A stretch of 64,000 bases of DNA from Nageia nagi (lineage: Eukaryota; Plantae; Pinophyta): positions 189,534,001-189,598,000 of the forward strand of contig JBITNC010000001.1 of the NCBI GenBank assembly GCA_050084985.1, read 5' to 3'. Below, one piece after another: positions 53,092 to 64,000 of the stretch. How positions within the stretch are numbered: the stretch's first letter is position 1; the number at the start of each line of letters is the position of its first letter. The notes beneath the pieces are model-generated. The model made no database searches, was not told where the DNA came from, and was given only the letters and a program-made list of their open reading frames with translations. The position numbers were made by a program, and so were the translations under genes.

Positions 53092-55748
53092 ATATCTCTA
53101 TTGGAATTTTGGATATTTTCTATTATTCTTCATTTCTTGTGTGATATTTAAATTGTTTTTGATAATTGGCAAGTAGTTCTGTAACAAGTGGTATTAGAAC
53201 TTTTTGTTTCATGAAAAATGACATTGGAGCATGTTCTGGACAATGTGGGCTAAACAAATAGGTTAAATTTTCTTGTGGTTCTGTTACAAGTGGTATCAGG
53301 ACTATTTGTTTCATGACAAATGACATTGAAGCATGTTGTTGACAATGTCGGATGAAGAAATAGATCAATTTTTCTTGGTAGTTATAAGAAAAATTGCACA
53401 TGCATATCTTTCTTATCCTTTCAAAGTTTCCATGGAGTTTTAAGGGTTCTTTAGGAGCGAGGAAAGGAAGTTACAACCCTGATTTCAGCCAGATTGGAGT
53501 TGTTCTGACCAAGTTAATGCAATCCTAGTGTTTACCCAGAAAATTTGTTCCCCATGCCATAATTTAGCTAGTATTTCAGAGATGCTTTCTGAGTAGCTGG
53601 AGAATCAGGCATAATTTTCTGCTCAAAAAGATTAGGAGTGGTATCTTTTTTTCTCCTTCTGATTGGAATCTGACTTCATATTGAAAATCCTTTGTCAAAC
53701 TTTGGTGAAAAGGTGAAAATCTCTCTAGTTTACAGTTTACACTAGGTGGGTGCTCTTTGGTTTTGATTGTGAATCTTGTAGAAATGGGATATTTTGTACC
53801 TCAGGATCATTGCCGAGCACCTAACTCCAAATAATCCAAAGCCACCTGATTTGCTGGGTATAACCTCCAAACTAGTTATAGATGAGATGTTAGATTCTAT
53901 GGCTAGAAATACGACTTTACTAAAATTGGATAGGGATAATTAGAAACTAGTACAGAAATTATGAAGGGATTTTGCTTGAGCAACAGAGCTACGAGTAGTA
54001 AAGTGGTTCTGAAGGTGACGCTTGAAAAGGAAGTCATAGAAAGACAAAATTCCATAGCAGAATTTGCAATGGCCTTAAAAAGGTCTACAGATTGGCTGAT
54101 AAACGAAATACCTTACACAACAGCAGAAAATGTATAATGATTTTATCCTCCTAAAACAATTGGGAACACAAGGAAAAACTCTTTCTCGAGTGAACTGGAA
54201 GGTACAGGATAATGAAGAGAACTAACCAAAGATATGGATAATGAGGAGGTTAGAGATCAAAGGGAAGGAACCAAGAAAAAGAAGCATTATAAAAAACAAG
54301 GAAGAAGATTCTTCAAAGAATTTGAATGTTGAAAACAGTCAAGATCCGCAAGGAATACGTATGGATGCTTGCAATTTATAAGACCAGCTTTAAAATTGAT
54401 AACAGAAAGTGCTAAATAATCCTTGTTATAGGAGAGTCAACGTGCTCAAGCACCACCTAAATGCAGACCTAATGAAGAGGCAACCTTTTGGCTGGCATGT
54501 ACGCCCAAACAATGTATAAGGGAAATGGAGACTCTGCTCCAATTTCAGTGCCATTTGTGCTCCTTGCCATCAATATCCTTGAATGGCTCCACCCCTATGC
54601 CATATTCCTATGGGTGTAAAAGCATCTCTAAGACAAAACAAGTAGAAGATAAAAGTACACCAATCTTGGGTTCCATGCCCCTAAAGGCACAAGGGTCATG
54701 CCTATCACCTTTAAGCAGATTTACCTATTACTGATACATGCAAATTATTTGGAAGTTTTCCCCTCAAAAAGATATGTGGAGGTTCTTCTCTTGACATGGC
54801 AAGGCAGTCATTGGATTATTATTTAATTCTTCATTTGTTTTGCTATTATTTGCAATTGGTTTTGTAATAAGTGGTATGAGAGCTACTTCTTGTATTACAC
54901 CATTTGCTCTGGAACACAGTGGAGAAGTCTTACTTGGTTTAGAAATCCCAAACTTCAAAAGAAAAATGAGGAGGCTTATGGATCCTACATGAAGTGAAAA
55001 TTAATCATTGCTTCGAAGAAAATTGCCATATATTGTCTTCTATGTTGTTCTCTTTTTAGAAAGTCATCATAAAACGTTTTATCTTTGAAGGGATGATCTT
55101 GATAACTAAAACTGAGACTGCTTTTCTTTGCCATCCAATATTTATATTGGGTTCAAGTTAGATATCTCAAATCTTCGTTCTGGCATTCTTTCATACATTC
55201 TTGATTGCTAGTAAAGAGTTCTCATAAACATGAGAATTGTGATTTTTCTGTCCAAGCAAGAGTAAAAGGTCCTATGTTATTTCTTGGAACTACTTAATGT
55301 TTTTTGAAGCTTTTATTATGTTCTAGAGAAGACTTGCTCTATAAATCCGACTATATATCATTTCTCTTCTTGCTTCTGATTTTTTTTTTAAAGTCCCCAA
55401 AACTGAAGCAAGTTATTATTTCTCCTGCAGCTTCTCCTAGTTCCATTTTGGAAGTCCCACAAAGTTGAATTCAATGTTAATAACTTCCTTACTTATGATT
55501 ACTGCTTTGAAAAGCTACTTTCGTTTTGGGGCATATCCTTAAGCAGCAAAGCTGCAAATGTATCTTTCCACTTGTGCATGCTTATAAACAATTGTGCTCA
55601 CTGATATATCTTTCGCTACAGTTTGAAACTATTGGAATTTGAGAGGAAATTTATGACCTTTTAACCTGTTTAACAACTATAATGTTTTGTTCGTTAACCT
55701 ATTCAAACTGTTTACAGTTTGGATTTTGTCACATTTGAAAATGTGCAG

Positions 55749-55917
55749 GTTGAGAGGATGATGCTTGGAGAGGTTGAAAATTTGCCAAAAGGAATAGAAA
55801 GGGAAAATATAATAATTCAGACTATTATGCGACAGGTCCTATTTGCCCTTGATGGACTGCATTCTACAGGAATTGTTCATAGGGACATCAAACCCCAGAA
55901 CATTATATTTTCACAAG
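55749..55917 (+). CDS. STN7: STN7 exon 5
   Basis: tgcAG|VERMMLGEVENLPKGIERENIIIQTIMRQVLFALDGLHSTGIVHRDIKPQNIIFSQ g|GTtatt; catalytic HRD loop; phase 1. Confidence 0.95.
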
Positions 55918-56085
55918 GTTATTCTCTTGAAAATCTTGTAGTTCATGGATTGGGGGGATCAGAAAGAATTTGACATGCCTTTGTGGGTTTTATTTGCAAC
56001 CTTTGTAATGTTTCTAATATTTGTCTACTCTGAATATGCTTCTGCTGTTGACCTTTTTGTGGGATTTATTTGTATTGCTGTTAAG

Positions 56086-56179
56086 ACTCGTGTTCTTTCA
56101 AGATCATTGACCTTGGTGCTGCTGCGGACTTGCGAGTGGGCATAAATTATGTACCGAAGGAGTTCCTTTTGGACCCAAG
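56086..56179 (+). CDS. STN7: STN7 exon 6 (gene continues beyond the window)
   Basis: ttaAG|(D)[30 protein letters not shown] ag|GTagaa; the phase matches exon 5. The next expected exon (YAAPEQY..) was not seen before 64000. Confidence 0.92.
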
Positions 56180-58261
56180 GTAGAAATACTTCAAATGTTT
56201 ATCTTGTGTCATGCCTTCTCTTAGCAAGAATGGCGTATACAGCATTTCATAAAATATTTGATGCACTGCTCCATTTGTGGTTTTCAAATATAGAAAATTT
56301 CTAAAGATTATTGACCCTACAATTGGTATCTGGAATTTCAACTGCTTCTCAGAAAATCAAATAGCATCTGCAATATTCAGTATTTTTTAACACAAACAAA
56401 TGAAACATTAACAGCTAGGATCAGTGAACAATCTTCGATGAAATGCATCAAATTTCTTAGTAGAATTATACAGTAGATACTGGCCATAAAGTTATAAAAT
56501 ATGTGTATTTGCTAAATGGAATAAAATTAATTTGTCAATGTGGATCAGCTCTTCTATGTGATAGTTAGTTGAAGGTGGTTGGGTTACAATTCAGTGGAAC
56601 CCTATAATGTGCATTATGGAGAAAATAATTGAATAATTTAAATTAATTCATTCTCTTTCCTATATTCTCTCAAATTGTTCTGAATCTCTGATATATATAT
56701 ATATGCACAAATATATCAGTATTATCAGATCCGAAGGGATTCAGTCTCACGGGTAAGGAGTTTGTTTTATGGTGGTAAGGGCCTAGAGCAAGATATTTAT
56801 GAAGGACAATATAATTAAAGAAAGAAATTAGAGAGGCCAGTTCTAGAACGATAAGTCTTATGTTGTATTAAACATTGTCTTTTAATATCATATCATGAAG
56901 TTGCCATCATCAAGACAATTTTTATGTTTTTAAATACCTTTTTAGACCCTTTTTTCACCCTTCTAGGCCGAAAGATGGTTTCTCTACCTTTGTTCTCTTG
57001 TAAGCTTTGATTAATGGCCTGTAAAATGTGATATATTAATTTGAGGTCAAGAGAAACTACATTGGATTTTTTAATGCTACAAATGAAAGCTATAACATCT
57101 TTCCTCCTTTGCAATCTCATCGTCTTGAAAGAGAAGACTAGCTTCTCTCACAGAAAAGTACCTTCCCATATGGCTTCATCTAAGGGTTGACAAGACCTCA
57201 ATTAATTACTTATTTATTTCTTTGTTTCAAATTTTCTTAACTCTCTAATTTCTTACCCTGATTTATTCATACATGTGGATAAAAAGCTTACTGAAATTAA
57301 AGTGCCATTTCAAGAAAACTGACATGAAATATTGGAAGTGTTTTTACATGCAATTGTAACTTCAATCTATATACAACATTTCTTATTTTCTCAACTTGAT
57401 ATGGAACGTATCTTTGTGACAGTTTTGTACACCTTTTGGAGTAAGAGCTGTTAGGTTTTACTCATTAATATACTGGATATAAATTTGCTAAAACTTTGGC
57501 AAACACTATCTTTATCTTACAGAAAATAGATTCCTCTCATCTCCTTTGCATCGTCTCCACAGAGACTTTGCCTTGCCTTTGAAGATTTGCAAATCTATCT
57601 CTTTGGAAATAAGTGGCATTGTAACTATACGTTGTTCAGTAGCTAAGATGCTTACTATTATTATATGAAATTTTCATAGATGGAAGTTTTAAAGCTTTTC
57701 TTCTCACAAGTTTTTCGTAGCAACAGTCGATGCTGAGAATGTGTCTTCCATCACTTGGTTGATCCACTGAGTTTGACCATCTATATCTGCGATCCTTGAA
57801 TAATTCCTCAAACAAATGTCATGTGAATATTGTATCTTTGTTACTTACAATGCTTTTCGGCAACCATATTTAGAGAATACTTCAGCAATTTGAATTTCAT
57901 CCAAGTTTTCTGCCTTTTTAAGTAATTTTATGTTGAATAAACCTAGCCATCTTTGTGAACTGATACACTGTTACCAATATTTGATAATTTGTTTCTATTG
58001 TTTACGCAAATGTGTAACAAAATCCATCAAAGGACTTTCCCATTTGTGACATAACTGGTAAGGGCATTAACATTCCTAATGTATAAGACGTGTTCTGCAC
58101 TGGTCACATGATAATTCAAACACGTTTAATATGTCATATTTTCCACTATATATCATGATATTGTTTCATACGTTCTACCTCTACTCATGTCTCTACCAAA
58201 GAATTAATATTTGGAATTGATGGAGTTATTCATATCGTCATAGTAGTGAAGTATTCATGAG

Positions 58262-59300
58262 TATAGTTGGAAAACTTGGACTTGGAGAGTACTTGGCAAA
58301 GCCCTTTTGGGAGATTACTTCATGACTTATATAAAAATCAACAAAAAAACTAGGCAAAAACACCTTGAATGTTTTATAAAAATCTTAAAACAAAATATTT
58401 AAATACAAAATTACAACTCTCTTTTACATTTAATGAAGTATAATTGTAGTTTTTGATCATCACTGATCCTAAAAAATACAACAATCTCAACTTGAAAGTA
58501 GCACTCAAGTGTCCAAATGCCCCATTGAAATCCTTGGTACAAGTGCTCAAATGCTGTTTGTTTATAAATCTAAGATTTAATGAGATAAACATAGAAGAGG
58601 TGGAAAATCTTGCGTTCAGTCAACATAATCAAAACAGTTAGAATGACTCAAAGAACCCTTTGCAGTGTTAGAGAAAAAGGTGTGTTTTCATCTCAATCAA
58701 CAGTTGAACCATATTGATAGAAAGTTTCCAACTCTTACACCAAATCTAATTGCTGAGCATTCTTTGTCTGAGTAGAATCATGGAACTTGGCTGTCTTTGA
58801 AATAGAAAGAACTAGAGAAGGGGGATGTCTTCATTGGTTGTCTTTGAAGGTTGAGAAGGAAAGTCCTCGAGCTCCAAAATGTTGGTGCTGGACAGACTTG
58901 AAAAGGATTTCCAAAAACTCCTTCATTTGAAGAAAGAAATACACTATCTAGAATCCCTCAATGGGACTCACCTATTCACTTATATGGGATAACACTAACT
59001 TTTTATTGTTTATTTTATAATTGGGGTCATGAGATCCTTTATCTGCAGCTCTGAGTTTTCTCCAAGGGCTCATAATTATCTAGAAGACTTTCCAAAGAGT
59101 TTATCTGAAGTCTCTGCACCTTTTCAATCAACTCATCTGTGAAAGAAAGTTTTAGAAGCAGTTAAACTTCTATTTGCCTCTTGTTGAACTCAGATTGCTG
59201 AGTGGCATTAGTTTGAGGCCTCTGTTGTGTGTCATTGACAATTCCATCAATTTCATGATATTCGCAAATGGTGAAAATTTTATGTCTTCATACAGTTTAG
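58262..59300. mobile_element. probable hAT-derived non-autonomous relic (related terminus also at 59954)
   Basis: Terminus YATAGTTGGAAAACTYGG..GAGAGTACTYGGCAAA at 58262 and 59954 resembles the TIR of the MITE at 59656. The right end is not defined. Confidence 0.4.
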
Positions 59301-59655
59301 TTCCGTCTGACCAACTTTTGTGAATTTGAGAGAATGAGATTGTGAATACTGGTGATTTTCACATAATAAAAATTTAGAAACAACTGATAATGTTTGGAGA
59401 GGTTTAAGAGCATTTCAGACATGTCTCTGCCCATGCTTGTTATTATTTGTCATGTTTCTGTCAGAAAACTTGTCTCCTTTATTCAAATAGGTAACAACTC
59501 TTCTGCCCTTGATCTGGACTTCTCAACGGTCATAGTGTAAAAAATAGGCTATATGTCTTGTAAGAATTTGCAATGCAATATCTTCATTATGGTATAGATG
59601 CATATTTATACAAGAAGTAGTTTGTTGAACATAACCAACGTAATTGTATTCTAGC

Positions 59656-59866
59656 CATAATTGTCAAACTCGGCCTGAGTCTGAGTCCGACTAGACTCAA
59701 TTGAGCTGAGCCCTCTTGGACTCTGTTTTTTCCCAGTATGGGTCAAGTTCAACTTGAGTTTGAGTTTTTGTTAAGTTTTTTCATTTTTTCTTTTTGTCAA
59801 GTTTTTTTCCTAAGTTGAAGTCCGAGGCCTGAGTGGACCTTGTCCAGTCTGAGTTTGACAACTAAA
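59656..59866. mobile_element. hAT-type MITE, 211 bp
   Basis: Imperfect TIRs CATAATTGTCAAACTCGG / CTGAGTTTGACAACTAAA; 8-bp TSD ATTCTAGC/ATTCTAGT; subterminal (C/T)GAGT repeats. Confidence 0.85.
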
Positions 59867-61229
59867 ATTCTAGTTCCAAACTAACACTTCACATGATACC
59901 TACAAATAGATACAAACAAGTCACATAATCCTTACCTACTTGACTGGTCTAACCATTGTTGGAAAACTCAGATTCAGGAACCATTTGGCAAGGCAAATTT
60001 TGGAGAGTACTCGGCAAAAACCTCAAACATTTCATGAAAAAAACATATAAAAAGATACTTCGATACAAAATTAGAGAGCTACAAAGTCAATTTAATAGTG
60101 TCAAAATAAAAATAACTAATTAAAATTTTTAATGATGCTTAACATATGAATATACAATTATTCTTAATATTAGTATCCCATAGTAATCAAAATAAAAAAT
60201 ACATTAAATATATCAACATTTTAAAAATATTTTAAATAATAAAATAATTGATTAATTAAATAATTAATGATTTAATAAATAATTAATTGAGTGATAAATT
60301 GAATAATTAAAAAGATTGATGATGCATTAAAATAAAACAATTAATTAAATAAGCAATTAATCAATCTTTGAGTCAAATAATTAAGTAATAATTGATGATT
60401 AAGTAAAAAGATTAATTAATGATTAAAAATAAAAATAAAAAAATAAATAGATGGTAAGAAACTCCTCACTATGTTTAGTAGCTTTTCAATGGCTTCTCTC
60501 GCATTGCCAGGAATGAGTGGTTTTGTACCGTATATTATTTAAGGGAAACAAAATTCCAAAATTATGAGGGGGATGCTGCTATGTGGGCCATAGGGAACCA
60601 TTGACTCACAACAAGAAGAGTATGTGGGTTGGTGCCATTTTAAACAAATAAATTAAATTTGATAACAAATCCAATTAAATATTTAATGAAATTAAACAAA
60701 GTCTTACCGCAAGATAAATAGCCTAACACTATTGACAGTTGAAGTGTGAAGAGATGCGAAAAGTCAATGCACCTGCAAATGCACCTTTGAAAAAAACCAT
60801 TCATGATTGCATTCAGATTGCTTTTGGGCATCTCTCACACTTAGAATACCCACCACCTCTTCATTGCCCACTCACACCACCATTGTTCCATTATGTAAAG
60901 AGGGTTGTGTCAATGAGGCTTTGCATGCCTTGCATAATGTTCATGGCATTGTACACTCCGCATATGTTTATCTCTTATAGTGGTGAATTTGGAAGGAGGG
61001 ATCACACTAGGAAAGCGCATCCATGCTCTCATTCTAGTTTTTTGAATGCATTTTTTTTTTTAAATGTGGTTTTGTTTTCAAAGTGGTTGGGTAATTGCAA
61101 GTAACCTGCGGGTAATTTGTTTGGATCCTGAGTGGTTGGCTAGTAACACCCTTGAGTAACTTGTGTGGATCCTGTAGCATGACTACCCACAAGTAACAAT
61201 CGATTACTTGCGCATTTTTGAACATCGGT

Positions 61230-62935
61230 TCTAACCACTCAACTAATATTGACTTTATTATTATATTTCAATGATGTAATGAATCTCTAACACCCCTCCT
61301 TATTACATCATTCTTCAAATGGAGATAAGACTATCGAGAACTACCTAATGAACATACTTAATAGTTCATCAACACATAAGGTACTGAAAGGGACATACAC
61401 ATCTATTCATGATAAGCAATAGTGGAACTGATGTTAGTATGCTTCTTCAGTAAGATTGATCTTACTAGACTTTTATACAAGGAAAGGGATAAACACATCC
61501 ACCCAGGGAACCAAGGATAGGGACAAACACTTTTATCCATGGTCATACAACATAAATGGATAGGGGCAATCATTTTATCCAAACTTTAAAGTTGTGATAG
61601 GGACACACACATTTGTGAACAACAATTATGATTGGGGACACACGCATCCAATCATAATCACCGAATGTGATAGGGGACAAACACATCCAATCACTAACAC
61701 TCAACAAATGTGACTAGGGAAAGACACATCCAATCACGAACAACCAACAATTGTGATTGGGTACAAACACATCTAATCACATAAATTAATTCTTCATTGT
61801 ATTTAGAAAATATATTCCTCCTTATTATTCTTGTGTGAAGGGTCTTCAATATTGGCTTCAAAAATACATTCTTCATTATTTTCCATGATCAATTCCTTGT
61901 CTATATTCAACTTACCGTCAAGGACATCCTTGGCAAGTTGAATATAATTCATAATAATGTGCCCTTTTTGCTTGCAATGATAACATAAAATTGTCTTTGG
62001 TGAATTGCTTTACCTTTGAAGTAGAAGAGTTGGATTCAAAGGAGCAGTTAAACTTGTTTTGGACAAGCATTGTGGTTCTCTACAGTCGAATCGTTTTTCT
62101 TTGGTCCTTCATCAATCAAGATAGAGATTATGTCTTCCAGAATGACATTTATTTTGTTCATTGTGAACACAATATTATTATTTTTTTGTTAGTAGTCCAT
62201 CCTCTCGGATTTATACCTCAGAATTAGATTCTGTGTTTGTGGGGTTCTTTTTCGTCAACGTCACCCAGGAGTCGCACCAAGCCACATCCACACCAGCTGG
62301 AAACCATTGACTGAATTTAGCATATCAACATCATGTGAAGGGGGAGAGTTTCAAACCTGGGAATTCCTTTTTCCACTTGAGAGGTTAACACCCACTTGGC
62401 TCTCCAACTCTCCTCACATGATTTGATGAACAATATTATCATAGCTAGGAGGCATGTTGTTCAATAGAATAGCTTTTACATCATCATCATCTACCTTGGT
62501 TTCTATCCTCGCTAATTGATTTATTGAAGAAGCAAACTTAATGATGTATATCATTGTCGCCTTACATCATTTTTAGCTCAAATAGTTTTTGTTTCATGGC
62601 CATCTTAACACTTGACTCTTTAATTTTTTTGACAACTTTATTCCATTTGTGGGATAAGTTTTTATTCCTGTGGTATAAAATTGAATCACAGAGTCAACTT
62701 TAGATAGCCATATTTTCCTTGATACAGATCCAAATGTTTAATATGGCCACTTGTTGGAAATCTCTTTGACAGGATGGATAACTCCAAGATCAAAAAGCAT
62801 TCTATTAGTGTAGAATATTGTGTAAATACAATTTGAGAAAGATTCTTCATGTTCACCATCTTGGGTGACCTTTGAGATACATTGTAACTCCTCATATTCT
62901 ACAAGAAATGACTCTCTAAATTCTAGCACACTCAA
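61230..62935 (-). mobile_element. gag-only (TR-GAG-like) LTR element relic: gag-like ORF, hairpin array, PPT, truncated 3' LTR
   Basis: Minus-strand ORF relics 62935-61860 ending in CYHCKQKGHIMNY (decayed CCHC knuckle); no pol before the PPT AAGGAGGGG and LTR start TGTTAG at 61292. Confidence 0.65.
61385..61781 (-). repeat. array of 9 copies of 12-nt loop GGACAAACACAT, most in stem-loops, with variable spacers
   Basis: For example ATTATGATTGG-loop-CCAATCATAAT (61625-58), GGATAG/TTATCC, TGTGATTGG/CTAATCACA. Confidence 0.85.
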
Positions 62936-64000
62936 AACTACGAATTTACTAAATTAGTAAGTATCTAATATTATACTAACTATACCATAATCCCTAAGGA
63001 TTAGATGTCTAACATTCCTCCTTTAATCCGAAGGGGGGTTGGTAAGTCCAAGCATCTTCCTGAACTTCTCGAACTTTTCTCTTCCAAGTGCCTTGGTGAA
63101 GATGTCTGTTGTTTGCTCATTTGTGGGACAATGTTTCACTTGAATTGTCTTGACCTCTACATGATGCCGAAGCAAATGATACTTTGTGTTGATGTGCTTT
63201 GTTCGATCATGAAACTTTGGATTTTTGGCCAATTGAATTGCAGAAATATTATCAATTAGAAGTGGAGTTGGATTCATTTGTTTTTCCTGCAAATCTTCTA
63301 GTATCTTCCTGGGCCACACAATCTCCTTTGTTGCCTTTGCAGCAGCCACATACTTTGCCTCTGTAGTCGAATCTGTCGGAACGGATTGCTCTCGTGATCT
63401 CCAAGAGATAGCTGCTGATCCAAGACTCATGGCATATCCTGAAGTCGAAACTCTTTTTTCTTTGTCACCATCAAAGTCTGAATTTGTATATCCAATCAAT
63501 TTGAAGTCTCCTGCTTTGGAATACTTGAGCCCTAATTCCTATGTGCCTTTCAAATATCGAAAAACTCTTTTTGCTGCATTCCAATGTCCTTCACATGGTT
63601 TTTGCATAAACCAAGAGAGAATTCCAACCACAAATGAAATGTCTGGTCTAGTTGTGGTCAAATATATGAGACTCCCAACAAGTTGTCTATACTTCGTTGC
63701 ATCTTCAAATGCATTCCTTCAAAAGATTTCAACTTCAAATTTTGTTCCATTGGAGTGGAAAGGGGATTACAATCTGTCATGCCAAATCTGTTCAACAATT
63801 CTCCAGTGTACTTTCTTTGGGAAATGAAAATGTACTTTGGGTTTTGTGTCACTTCAACGCCCAAATAGTAATGAATATGTCCCATATCTGTCATTCCAAA
63901 ACCTCTCTCCAAATCTTGTTTCACGGATGCAATGTAACTTTCATTGTTACCAGTTATCAAAAGATCATCTACATACACCATAAGATATACAACCATTTTG
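62936..64000 (-). mobile_element. Ty1/Copia RT-RNase H, PPT and start of 3' LTR (63014); runs off the right edge
   Basis: VYVDDLLITG..MTDMG..YYLG; RH STSGY..ISWRS..DNISAIQLAKNPKFHDRTKHI; stop codon abuts the PPT AAAGGAGGAA. Confidence 0.92.

Noticed and set aside
61385-61781. True CRISPR array
   Set aside because: Eukaryotic retroelement context, no cas genes, degenerate repeats and mostly short, irregular spacers; kept only as a hairpin array.
1-64000. Species-level assignment
   Set aside because: Features suggest a gymnosperm-like genome, but this cannot be settled without a database search of the STN7 exons.

Overview
AT-rich plant nuclear DNA. The long TE-filled introns and heavily decayed LTR nests suggest a large-genome seed plant, probably a gymnosperm (inference). 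Bases 1 to ~36.5 kb are a decayed intergenic region. It holds a CACTA transposase relic, a full-length chromovirus-type Gypsy element lying in a PLS-class PPR pseudogene, a nest of mostly non-autonomous LTR elements with recognisable TSDs, three LINE ORF1 relics and an LRR receptor-like protein pseudogene. From 36981 onward lie exons 1-6 of STN7, the chloroplast thylakoid state-transition kinase (+ strand). Its introns of 10.2 kb, 7.2 kb and >7.8 kb contain Copia, Gypsy and hAT-MITE insertions, and the gene continues past the window. The most unusual signal is that four different pol-less LTR elements each carry an array of short stem-loops next to the PPT or PBS. Three of these show compensatory stem changes, and two have a conserved, element-specific loop (18439-18723, loop RAATGCTCAT x6; 61385-61781, loop GGACAAACACAT x9). 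These are candidate multimerised RNA packaging or protein-binding cis-elements. Other notable points are a hairpin enclosing the PPT/3'LTR junction in six elements and a sharp change in CWG decay at the gene boundary. All calls were made by eye without database searches.
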